NCBI RefSeq assembly: GCF_001194135.2
Contig: NC_068991.1
Coordinates: 17,867,553-17,921,842, forward strand
Source: Octopus bimaculoides
Lineage: Eukaryota
DNA: 54,290 bases
Direction: 5' to 3'
Shown: piece by piece, positions 27,321 through 38,533 of the stretch
Numbering within the stretch: position 1 is the stretch's first letter
How the letters are laid out: the number at the start of each line of letters is the position of its first letter
Position numbers and translations under genes: made by a program
Notes under the pieces: generated by a model
Databases searched by the model: none
The model's input: only the letters and a program-made list of their open reading frames with translations
What the model was told of the DNA's origin: nothing

Positions 27321-28846
27321 GTAGTTTTATTTAATTTCCTTTTGAGAGACTTCGAGCCAGTCACTAACAAAGCAACAAGACTTTTTGAGTTAAGAGAGTT
27401 CCCGAGGGTTTGTAAATGCATGGTAGAGTTGATGTGTTGGTTGAACTGTCAATGCATACATATATATGTACACATGTATGTATCTATGGTAAACGAAAAC
27501 TGAAAGAAGCCCATGGTGTGTGTGTGTCTGCACATGTGTTTGTCTTTGCATCTGTTTGCCTTTGCATCTGTGTTTGTCCCCCCACCACCAGCTAACAACC
27601 GGTGTTGGTATGGTTACATCCATGTAAATTAGCGGTTCAGCATTAGAGAATGATGGAATAAGTACCTGGCTTAAAAAGGAAAATAAGTACTGGGACCACG
27701 TCATTCAACTAAAAATTGTTCAAGACGATGCCCCAGGATGGCTGCAGTCTAATGACTGAAACAGATAAAAGACTATCAGTAGAAAGAAAAAAACAGTTAA
27801 ACACATGTACCTAAACTGGTTGAAATTACTCTGTAGAGGTTAGGCTAAGTCTAGTCTCTAGGAGGAAGAGTTAGTGTGTGCCAAATAACACAGCTTACCA
27901 TGGTAGCTAGTCAGGGAAGAGAATACTAAACAGCTGGTTATTTAGTCTGCTATCAAGCGAATGACACAAGAAACAGGTTGTGAGCATGAACAAATTTTCA
28001 TTTGATTAACCCTTTGGATACCAACTCTGTGTGTGTGTGTGCAGACGTGCATATGTATGTATGTATCTATGTATGTATGTTTGAATTAGCTTGTAGTTAA
28101 ATGAGTTTTCTACACACATGTGCAGTCAAAAGATAATTCTTATCAAACTTAGATTGACACAGTGAGTGACAAGATAACCCCTTAGAATTACAAATGCAGT
28201 CCATCTAATGTGTTTCTATATTCGAATGCAAGAATTGCCACATGATTATGAAGTTTACTTTCCAGTTCAATACCTGGTTCAATCTCATTGTGTGGTATCT
28301 TAAGCAAGTAGTCTTTTTTTAAACTAGACCCTCAGTTTGACTCTAGAGTTATATCTGAAATTGATTGACAGAAAAGTAATTTATAACTGTGAATTCACTG
28401 TTTACAATATGATTAGCTGATATCAAGATGCACAGACAAGATTGAAAAGTGTATTTGAAATTAGATTCATGCATCTATTTATTTATACAATAATGCTTAT
28501 GTGCCTGATATTTGAAAAGATTTTCAGGATTAATGGTGAGAAACTTGCAGATATGAAGGATCACCTCTAAAACAAAAAAATAAAGATATTGAATTTATTT
28601 TTGTAAAAGCTAAAAGCAAAAATTAGAAAGCAACCAAACTTGATAATGCTATTATTTAAACATTTACTTGTGAATCACATGTAACATGCAGGACATTTTC
28701 CTGGCATTCATGCATCATATCTGATACACATTTCCAAATTTTTTTAACAACCAGAGTAACTTGGGAGTTATGAAAGGAAAGCTTTATATTTGCTCAGAAT
28801 GTATGAAACAAGGTTAACTACTAAAAGTCTGAAAGCAAGCATAGAT

Positions 28847-29231
28847 TATTTACATTATTTACATTTGACGGATATTCGTCCTCATCTTGTTTGTTGTTAA
28901 CACAACATTTCGGCTGATATACCCTCCAGCCTTCGTCAGGTGTCTTGGGGAAATTTCGAACCTGGGTTCTCATTCCTATCGATGTTACTATTATTATTAT
29001 TATTATATTATTATTATTACTATTATTAATATTATTAATCAGGTCGCTGCCGTGAATCGAACTCGGAACCTTGGGGTTAGTAGCCCGCGCTCTTAACCAC
29101 TACGCCATATGCCCGTGGGTATATCAGCCGAAATGTTGTGTTAACAACAAACAAGATGAGGACGAATATCCATCAAATGTAAATAATGTAAATAATGTAA
29201 ATAATTCCTCATCTCTTAAATATAGAACTGT
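28847..29231 (-). mobile_element. Non-autonomous Penelope-like/SINE composite retro-insertion (tRNA head + (AAT)n + hammerhead motif + inverted 3' duplication)
   Basis: 13-bp TSD AGCAAGCATAGAT (28834-28846 / 29232-29244). On the - strand: A box TGGCGTAGTGG (29097-29107) and B box GAGTTCGATTCA (29053-29064). 80-bp inverted arms at 28845-28924 and 29117-29196. Confidence 0.8.
28899..28944 (-). ncRNA. Minimal type-I hammerhead ribozyme motif (putative)
   Basis: The - strand reads GACAC CUGACGA A GGCUG-GAGGGUAUAU-CAGCC GAAA U GUU GUGUU: CUGANGA and GAAA core, 5-bp stem II, stem I GACAC/GUGUU, GUU triplet. Deviations are one extra A and a loopless stem III. Activity is not shown. Confidence 0.6.
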
Positions 29232-30044
29232 AGCAAGCATAGATGTTTAGGACAAACTTACGAAAATACTTTGGACAGGCAAAGAGTTAAAGTACCAGCT
29301 AATTTTAATGAAGAAGAAATGAAGGTGCCACAGGGTACCTCTGTGAAAATATGTGAAGATATAGCAAAGAAAAGACAACTGGGGAAGAACCATTAAAATA
29401 AGCAGCTGAAGAAGACAGACAGGCAGGCAGGCAGACACACAGATAAATAGATAGAAAAGGGAAGAAGAGAGAGAGAAAGACATTAATAAACAAACAAAAG
29501 GTTAAAATGTGTAATAGTGTGTGTGTGTGTGTTGACTAAAAAATAATTCTGCTTATAATCTACATTACAAAGTTCAAAGACATAATCTCTATATGTATAT
29601 ATTGACTGTGGTTGTGCTTCAGTATGTTGTTGTTTTTGTTGTTGTTGTTGCTCAAACATCTAGGCTTCATTGGGAAAATTCATTTATATAAAAGGGATCC
29701 TTATTAATCATTACTTTAACAATTCAGCTACAGGTGTGATGGGCATTTCGATGTTTTGGGTGATTTTGGTGTTGCTTTTGTGAATGTTCTTGTTGTTATT
29801 ATTGCTAATGATGATAATGATGTTTTCGATATCACTACTTTTTGTTTTTGTATTTATTTTTGCTTTAGGGCTTTGTCAGAGAAGAAAGGGGCAATAGTTG
29901 TAACTATTGCAGAGCCTCTGAGACTTGTTGGAGAGGTAAAAAGAAGAAAAGCAGCTGAGACTCAGAGGTGACTGCAAAAGGAACCAGCATATCTATCTGC
30001 ACCCACGACTGACCCGAACCTAACATCTGCTATAAGATCATGTC

Positions 30045-30540
30045 TGTATCATGATCACCATTATCACAGTCACCACCACAACCAGAACTACCACCAGCAC
30101 CACCACCAGCACCACCAACCACCAACCCCACCAACCACCAACCCCACCAACCACCAACCCCACCAACATCACCACCCACCACAACCACCACTAACCACCA
30201 ATGCCGCCACCNNNNNNNNNNNNNNNNNNNNNNNNNNNNNNNNNNNNNNNNNNNNNNNNNNNNNNNNNNNNNNNNNNNNNNNNNNNNNNNNNNNNNNNNN
30301 NNNNNNNNNNNNNNNNNNNNNNNNNNNNNNNNNNNNNNNNNNNNNNNNNNNNNNNNNNNNNNNNNNNNNNNNNNNNNNNNNNNNNNNNNNNNNNNNNNNN
30401 NNCACCACTGCTGCCACCACCAACTACCATGACCGCCACTGCCACCACTACCCACTACCACAACCACCACTAACCATCACCACTAACCATCACCACTACT
30501 GCCACCACCCACTACCACCACCACTGCCATCATCATTGTC
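30045..30540. repeat. (ACC)n-rich low-complexity tract with internal gap
   Basis: Direct inspection. Confidence 0.9.
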
Positions 30541-31650
30541 ATTTTTACACCTGTTTTTCCATGCTTGGATGGCTTGGTTTGTCCCACTCCAACACAACCT
30601 CTTCTTGCCATCTTTATGAAGTTCAAAATCCTGAGGTCAGCTTTCACCACTTCTTTCAGTTTTCCTCATTAAGAAAAAAAAATTTTTTCTTCTTTTTCTG
30701 GTTCACAACATTAAACCTAATAGTCTGCACTTAACTATGTGTTTTTCATGCAGAAGGCAGCCCAGGAAATTTTCCCACATTACTTTGGATAATGTAATTC
30801 TGGATACATTATGATTCAATTAAGAATACACCTTTCATCACAAGTCTGCTCAGTCAAGGACTGAGCTGGGGTTATGAGGTTAGCCTAAACAATAATACTT
30901 ACATTGTATTATTGTTTACACATGTTGTTCATAAGCAGAGATGTTGCAGAACAATATGCTAAACTCTCTCAAACTCGAAACAGAAGCCAGGCCTGATCCT
31001 TGAATTGACCTTAAAAATCTGGGAGATGCCTGGAAGGACTATAGATTCTGCCCCACCTACTTGGATAAAAGGATTAAATAATAATAATAATAAAAATAAA
31101 ACAAGACTAAATCACTGGACTATTTTGTCGAATGTGTATGTGTGTGTGTGTGTGTGTGTGCACATACATTTGTGTGTAGTGAGTATATAGGTCATAAGGC
31201 AGTGTGTTTAAAGGTCAGAAGTCAAAAGTACATCTATCAACCAAATTTATCAAACAAAATATTTTAGCTGATTGCAGAGTAATCACACGGGCTGTCTTCC
31301 TTTCTTTTTTTCTTTCTTTCTTTCTTTCTTTCTATCATTTAATGTATTGAACCATTAACAAAACATCCAGGACAGTTGATTATTTTTTTTATTATTATAG
31401 TTGCCACTTTTTTTCAAGGATATTAGCTTTCTCATAGTGTGGCTGTGTGGATAAAAAGCTTACTCCCCAACTACATGGTTCCAGGTTCAGTCCCACTGCA
31501 TGACATCTTGGGCAAGTGTCTTCTACTATAGCCTCAGGTTGACCAAAGCTTTGTGTGTGAATTTGGTAGATGGAAACGGAAATTCATAAATAACACATGC
31601 CTCATTGTGAAACCAGAAATCTTGCATGTTTCAGGACTAATCGGCTTTGC

Positions 31651-31706
31651 CATGAGAGTCTTGGCATGAGAGTCTTGGCATGAGAGTCTTGCCATGAGAG
31701 TCTTGG
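31651..31706. repeat. 4 x 14-bp tandem repeat CATGAGAGTCTTG(G/C)
   Basis: Four contiguous units with no spacers. Confidence 0.9.
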
Positions 31707-31764
31707 CAGTACTGTACAAGCTCAGCATGAGCATTGTATGTATACATGTGTGTGTGTGTGTGTG

Positions 31765-31985
31765 TGTATCTAATGGAGGCCTCAAAAGACATTTTAAGAT
31801 CCACAAAGATTGGAACTTAACTACAGTTCTTGGTGATCCAAAGCAGATATGCAATTTATGTGGGTGTGTTTTCAAAATATTGTCTGGTTTAAAAAGCCCA
31901 CATCAGACACCGTGATAGATCTAAGGTGTAAGTGCAAGAGGTGGTCAGACTCTACATAAGGAGTAGGCAACCACCATGTATGTAT
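31765..31985 (+). mobile_element. LINE 3' end with C2H2 zinc-finger-like C-terminus, copy 1
   Basis: GGLKRHFKIH...CNLCGCVFKILSGLKS; similar to 46880-47205; ends CAACCACC-(ATGT)n. Confidence 0.6.
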
Positions 31986-32124
31986 GAACAAGGGCTAGAT
32001 AAAATAACAGATACACCACTTTTTATTTAAGAATCTTTTCTATTGGCAATATGAGAAGTTGAAAACTGTTCCAGTCAAAATATATGTGTTCAAATGCATT
32101 ATGTATGCCCTGTACTTCATAATA

Positions 32125-32250
32125 CAGGGTGTCCACAAAGTCTGGGTACAAGGGACTAACACATACTTTAAGAAATTATTATTTCTTATATTTAATTGTT
32201 TATGTTATGATTTTATTTACTCCATGTACCCAGACCTTGTGGACACCCTG
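32125..32250. mobile_element. 126-bp Tc1/mariner-type MITE
   Basis: 26-bp TIRs CAGGGTGTCCACAAAGTCTGGGTACA (1 mismatch), flanked by TA at 32123-32124 and 32251-32252. Confidence 0.85.
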
Positions 32251-32369
32251 TATAATGCTCTGTTTTACTTCTTTCTTTTTTTTTGTTTTGCAGATATATT
32301 TAAATTAATTAAAATATTTATCTGATTTCCAAAGAGGACAACTTTAAGAGCATGGCTGGTTGGCTGGTG

Positions 32370-33110
32370 CTTCAGTCCCTAAAACTGCTAAATTATGTAA
32401 TGTTTTAAGAGGTACAGTGTCTAAAATCATGTTGGCATTCCTAAACCAGCTCTGGCAAGCATAAATCCAGATGGAAGACAAGTATCACAGAGAGGGACCA
32501 AAAAATAGTGAAATGTAGTGGGTCTAAAAACCATCAAACTACAGCAGCAAAAGTGACAACAGAGCTAAACCACTATCTAAGCGATTTTGTGTCAACCAAA
32601 ACCATTCATTGTGAGTTCCATAAAGCTAGATACTATGGGAGTGTTGCAAGTGCTAAATATTTCCCGTTGCATCAACATTGTTAATTTTCTGTCCCATCAA
32701 CATTAAGTGGGGAAAAAATGGTGTCTAGACTATTAGAAGAGGTCAATGAGTCAATGAAACAATGTCATCTTCTCTGATGAATTATTTTCACTCATTTTTC
32801 TACTTGGGTCAAAGTCTGAAGACAGCCTGATGAGCACTTAAACTATAACTGATTGGCCCCTAACATGAAGCAATCTAGGTGGCTCTGTGATGATTTGGAC
32901 AGCCATATCATGGAATTCTCTGGGCTCTTTAATTGCTCTACACGGCAGAGTTTAAACCAAGGACTATTTTAGTATTTTGGCTGATCATATCCATCCTATG
33001 GGACAAACATTGTTTCCTGATGGTATCACAGTCTTCCAGAACAATAATGCACCAAATCACATGGTTAATATTATCCAAAATTGGTTAAATGAGCACAAAA
33101 GTGATATATA
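32370..33110 (+). mobile_element. Degenerate Tc1-family transposase fragment
   Basis: Broken frames give TTAAKVTTELNHYLSDFVSTKTIH, GGSVMIWTAISWNSLG and ADHIHPMGQTLFPDGITVFQNNNAPNH (QDDNAP-like). Contains stops and frameshifts. Confidence 0.8.
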
Positions 33111-33129
33111 TATACTACCCCACCCCTTT

Positions 33130-33310
33130 GCATACACACACACACATACACGACAGGCTTCTTACAGTTTCCGCCAACCAAATTCACTTGCAAGGCTTTG
33201 GTCAGCCCACAGCTAGAGTAGAAGACACTCAGCCAAGGTGTCATGCAGTGGGACTGAACCTGGAACCATGTGGTTGGGAAGCAAGCTTCTTACCAACACA
33301 ACCACATATA
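33130..33310 (-). mobile_element. SINE family A/D head, truncating the Tc1 relic
   Basis: Same tRNA-like head sequence, more diverged. Confidence 0.7.
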
Positions 33311-34106
33311 CGTGTATGTGTGTATATTTATATATCTATGCATGTATATATATGTGTGAATGTGTGTGTGTGTGTGTGTGTATTTGAGTGTGTGCATGAG
33401 AGAGCGTGAGTGTGTATATGCTTGTATCTGTTTGTATTCACATCATGTGATTGTAAAATCAATGTCATTTATTTCCAATATTTTGTGAAAACATGTTTGT
33501 CTTTGTGGAATTATTACCTTGCTTAGAGAGAAGTGAGGGTTGGCTAATGTCATGTGATTATTTCCTCTTCTCATTCAAAGTTTGTCACAATCTTCACTAG
33601 GTGTTTGATTACCTTCTGAAGAAAAAATAATTTCAATAAATCAAGAATTTATTTGTTTCACAAATTCATGGCACTGGCTCATCTGAATTATTTTCCTTGG
33701 TTCATTTTCGTTTCATTTATGTAAATTACCCTTGGCCATAAATGTTTCCTACTCCTTTTTGGCTATGTCTAAGTGTCTTGTCTGCTGAAGATAAGGTAGG
33801 ACAATTGCTGTGCTAATGATGCTTACTGAAACAGAAACATTTGTTGAGATCTGACTATTCCCAGACAATCAGATTGTCTTTTCCTTAATGGCATGTCAAT
33901 TTTAGATGATTTCCTATTCACAGTTGGAGTTGGCACTAATTACCACCAAGTAATTGGTCTATTCCCTCTGGAAACGAAAGAAATTTGAATAATACTCTAT
34001 CGAAATGAAGGTAATTTGAATAAATCAAGAATTTATCTTGTCAGTTATTTAATATAGTCTTACTCATCTTTGTTCAAATACATGCCATTTCTCAGTTTAG
34101 TTTAAG

Positions 34107-34139
<33 letters not shown>

Positions 34140-34339
34140 TACGTGTGTGTATAGAAAAGTATATGTACATTATATTTCTATACACTNNNNNNNNNNTATA
34201 TATACATATATATATATATATACGCACACACAATTTTTTTTCCATGCAGTTGAAATTGAACAAAATACTACACACGCGCTTCTTTTTCTCTGTAAAGTAT
34301 ATAATTGAATAAATTAAAAACTGAAGAAATGAAACTAAA

Positions 34340-34617
34340 GAGTGAGATGCAATCCGGATTCGAACCATCCCGTTGCAGCTTCTAGATCCAATCCAAGTTT
34401 TACTGACAACAACAAGTGGGGGCGGTCAAAGGTAAACAAAATATAATATCATGTGACATTACTAAAATGGCCGTCTGTAACGAAAGTTGCGTGTCGGATA
34501 TATGTAGTAGCGCTTCTATGGCGTTAGAACATTCATCAATATTACAGTTTACTTTGTTTTCTACGGAGAAATAAAAACAATCTTAATATTACTTGCTACA
34601 GATTGCCTTCGTCAACA
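34340..34617 (+). promoter_or_regulatory. Probable ZFYVE26 core promoter / 5' UTR region in a CpG-rich island
   Basis: CpG-dense unique sequence directly upstream of the ATG. GC box GGGCGG (34420-34425), TCATGTGAC E-box (34449-34457), YY1-like AAAATGGCCG (34464-34473). The TSS cannot be located from sequence alone. Confidence 0.6.
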
Positions 34618-34844
34618 ATGAAGACTTCCAATCAAGTGGCTGTTGCTTCTCAAGCCTTCCCGTTCGGCAACGAACTGAGAGAAAGTGTGCGCCTTCTGTT
34701 TAGGTTTTTCTGCAACAACATCTATCTTGGACAGTTCGAGTTGGCTCGCGCATGTGTTCCTTATTTGGCGCAGCACGGGACCCATTATGGGGTCGACATT
34801 GGCCAAATCCTTAAGCAGATTGTGGAGTACCCGTATGGTCGTAG
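34618..34844 (+). CDS. ZFYVE26: ZFYVE26/spastizin orthologue, coding exon 1 (MKTSNQ...PFGNELRESVRLLFRFFCNNIYLGQFELARACVPYL...EYPYGR)
   Basis: ATG at 34618. The translation resembles the spastizin N-terminus as I recall it (HPFGKEE..SQKQLFGFFCECLRRGEWELAQACVPQL). Donor AG|GTAAGA at 34844/34845; 227 nt, ends in phase 2. Confidence 0.93.
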
Positions 34845-37800
34845 GTAAGAAAGCGTGTTTATTATTATTTTTTTTCTTCTCTAAATGCAACATAGTTTGG
34901 TTTAATATGATTACGTTCGAAAATTCATTCCGTCGCTTGGAGGATCGCACTTCGCGAAAAACTAAAGAATCTTCAGCTTCGAACAACTACATTAACCCTA
35001 CATGTTATGAGTTCTCTTTCTTCCGTATATACATGTGTGTTTGTCAGCATTACTTTGCGCAGACATAAGGTTCAGTCGGTCGTTTGGCTGTCAATACTCC
35101 TTAATATATGAGACTCTTTTTCTGGTATATGACAAACATAGATCGGACTTTTCACACTTCTANNNNNNNNNNATATATATATATATATAAATTTGAATTG
35201 GATGTGTTCTTTACTTTCTGCTATCAAAATCTAAGTCCATCGCAGAAGAACTGTAAAACTATCTCAGAATTCTCTCACACGCCTTTCCCAGTAGACTAAT
35301 TTTGATAACTGCATTCTAATATTTTAAGCCTATCTCCATTTACTGTAGTTTAGGAAATGTACTAACGAAGTAACAGAAATGTTAGAAATAGAAACCCGGT
35401 TTCCCTCTAATTATATCATACTCTCTTCAGTGAAAGATTGGATAAGTCGGTAAATGTTTACTGCTAAAAATCTACCGACTTAACTACATATAAATACATC
35501 ACTGCTCTATACCTTAGAGTGTGTTTCTTTTACGGATAGACGACACACACACACAAGACGGATGATCAGGACCAGTACGCCTCTGCTTGATCAGGTTTGA
35601 TTTGGTGCTAAATAACAACTGGCAAGTGTTGATTTGTCGTGTTCTCGTAAACTGAATGAAACAAGTGCGACACATACCCGATCCGTAAAGAGAAATTGAA
35701 GACAAGTTGATATTTGATTCTCGCTGTATAATATTGCAGTTAACTTGTTTTGTTTTTTTTTAAATTGAAATGAATTAAACTTATTTTACCATGCAATCAA
35801 TTTTTTTTTTTTTTACCATTATTAACAACTATTTATTTAGCCTTCACTTTGATTCCATGCAATTTGTTTCAGTGTTCGCCATCTTATATGTCCAAAGTTC
35901 GAAAGATTGTCTCATTCCCTTTTATGATAAAACTATTAGTTTTAGACATCTTTCCATAGGGCTGTAATCTTGGAGATAATACTAATTGTTAGGAAAAGAA
36001 TGTGCCCAAGTGCCAATAAATTTGAGATAATGATTTCCCACGCATGAAGAAAGAGAGCAACTGAAAATGTGAGGAAAGAAATCATTAATTGACTATCATT
36101 AATTAATTGGACTGTAGAACCATAGACCTCAACTTGATACACATGAGCGACAAAGGAAGCCTTTACATGCTTTCTCAACTGGCTAGAAATGACAACCTAA
36201 TATCCTTCACACTGCATTCTACTATCTTAAAGGATGCCACCACTTCAGCATGTAGTCTGCCAAGCCATTTACACTTTAGCATGCAGTCTAAACTTAATGC
36301 TAATCCTTAAACCTAGTCCTAACCCAGATCAGGTCATTTCATAGCATAGACTACAGATAGTGTGATAGACTTCATGCAAAAGTAGCACCTAAAGGATGTA
36401 TCAGATAATTAATTCTACAAACTTTGGTGTTTAGAGTTATACCAGTCTCTGAACTGGGTCAATGCTGCATAGTCTTGAAAGGCCCTCAGCATTTCAATAT
36501 CTTGCCAAAGAAATTGAGAAATCTATTTGGAACTAGAAAAAGAATGCTCCTAAAGGTATAAATCATGGTAGGAATACCATTGATCATGGAGTGAAGATTG
36601 TTTGCCAACATAACATGGCAGTCCTGGTTTAGGACGAATGTTGCTGTAATTTAACCCCATGAGACATTGTCTCTAGTTGGCTATACAACATGATCTGTGT
36701 CCTTATATTTTCGAACAAGAGAATCTAGCACCCCCACTCAGCTCAAAACAATATTTGTGTATCTCAATTTCCAGGTTATTTCCCTTCATCAGTACAGAAT
36801 AATTGTTCGGCTAGAGGTGGCACTGCCAAATTCCCATTCGAAATATACAGTTTTCAAAGTGACAACTAGTCACTGATCTATAAATTAGAAAATTACTATT
36901 TGGACTGCCATGTTATGTTAGCAAACAATCTTCACTCCAAAGTACTGTTGCTGAATATCTCTTGTTGTGAGATTTACAAATAGTTATTTTCTAAGCCTTT
37001 GGTCATAGTCTGCTGAGCCAGGGGAGGTCATGAATGGAATGCTTTTGACCATAAATCCGCTTGGTCAAGACTGAACTGGGAATAAACAACTACATAAAAT
37101 TATCTAAATTAAAAAAAAAAAGATGAAACCAAAAGATCCTAGTGGCACTTTATAGGGACAGTTAGTGTGAGGGCTTTATTCTTTCTAAGAGTTAAATTTC
37201 AATTGATTAAGGTTTTTTGTGAATAGCATTCAGTACATCAAACCAACTTATTTATCTAAATTTACACAACTGACCCATTTGAGTCATTTTATTTTTCTAG
37301 TTATCTTAACTTGATTCTCTTAAAGAGCATGTAACAGACATCACCTGTTGATAGATATAACACCTACTCACACTGAATGTGTGAATTATATAAGTATGTA
37401 ATTTTACCTAGTACCGATGGTGATTTATTTCATAATAATAAACATCACAGGCATGGCTGTATGCTTCCCAACCACATGGTCTCAGATGAATTCAGTCTTC
37501 CACTATAGCCTTGGGCCAACCAAAGCTTTGTGAGTGGATTTGGTAGAGAGAAACTGATAGAAGCCCATTGTATATTTTGCGTGTGCATGTAACCACATGT
37601 GAATTGTTGGCGATTTTCTTCCTCCATCTTCACTTCTATTGGGCTTTCCTCTGTTTCCAAAGAAGAGCGTCTGCTTGAAACGTTAAAATAATTGCTTCTG
37701 ACACAGGTATAAAGTCAGAAATATTGTAAGATGGGGGTTTGTAAAATTACATTGACCTCCAATACTTAACTGATACTTTATTTTATCGACCCAAAACGGA

Positions 37801-38059
37801 TGAAAAGCAAATTGTCCTCAGTAATCATTTCATTTCATTTTTCATTTTATCTAGTTTCAGCTCATGAGCTGTGGCCATATGTAAATTCAAAATATAAGAC
37901 CTTAGGGACAACAGAAATAATAATTGTGATAACTGTATCACTACATATTTGTTTACTGACAATGCCTTGGTGGACTTAAGACTTCAATTTTCAGTTAGGT
38001 CAGGTCATATTAGTGCTTCTCTACTGTTGAAATTGTTGTTGTTGTTGTTATAGTTAAGG

Positions 38060-38525
38060 TGGTGAGCTGGTGGAATCATTAGTGCATCTAATAAAATGCT
38101 TAGTGGCATTTCTTCTAACTCTTTACATTCTGAGTTCAAATCCTGCTGAGGTCAACTTCACCTTTCATCCTTTCACTGTCAATAAAATAAATACCAGTCA
38201 AGAACTGGGGTCTATGATATCAACCTAGTCTCTTCCGCTAAAATGACTGGCCTTGTGTCAAAATTTGAAATTAAAAGCAGTAAGCAGGCAAAACTGTTAG
38301 CACACCAGACTAGATGCTCAGTGGCATTTCTTCAGCCTTTACTTTTTGAGTTCAAATTCCACTGAGGTTGACTTTGCCTTTTTTTCTTTCAGGGTTAATA
38401 AAATAAGTACCAGTTGAGCACTGGGGGTCAATAAATAAGTACCAGTCAAGTACTTGGGGTCATTGATATTGACTAGCCACCTCCCACCAAAATTCCAAGT
38501 CTTGTGTCTATAGTAGAAAGAATTA
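38060..38525 (+). mobile_element. Two tandem SINE family C copies
   Basis: Heads at about 38060 and 38278. Further + strand copies at about 39210-39560, 42525-42730, 47915-48335 and 52737-53400. Confidence 0.7.
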
Positions 38526-38533
38526 TTATTATC

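Noticed and set aside
29040-29114. tRNA gene (Ser-like)
   Set aside because: It is the head of a TSD-bounded retro-insertion and I see no proper acceptor stem. The other tRNA-like heads in the window are SINEs for the same reason.
29869-29970. Possible exon or amidated Cys-peptide (GFVREERGNSCNYCRASETCWRGKK)
   Set aside because: No partner exons or signal-peptide exon found, and it is embedded in low-complexity DNA; cannot be supported.
31651-31706. CRISPR-like repeat array
   Set aside because: The 14-bp units are contiguous with no spacers, in eukaryotic DNA with no cas genes.
35872-35925. Alternative candidate for ZFYVE26 exon 2 after TTTGTTTCAG
   Set aside because: The in-phase frame reaches TGA quickly and lacks similarity; 43163-43250 fits much better.
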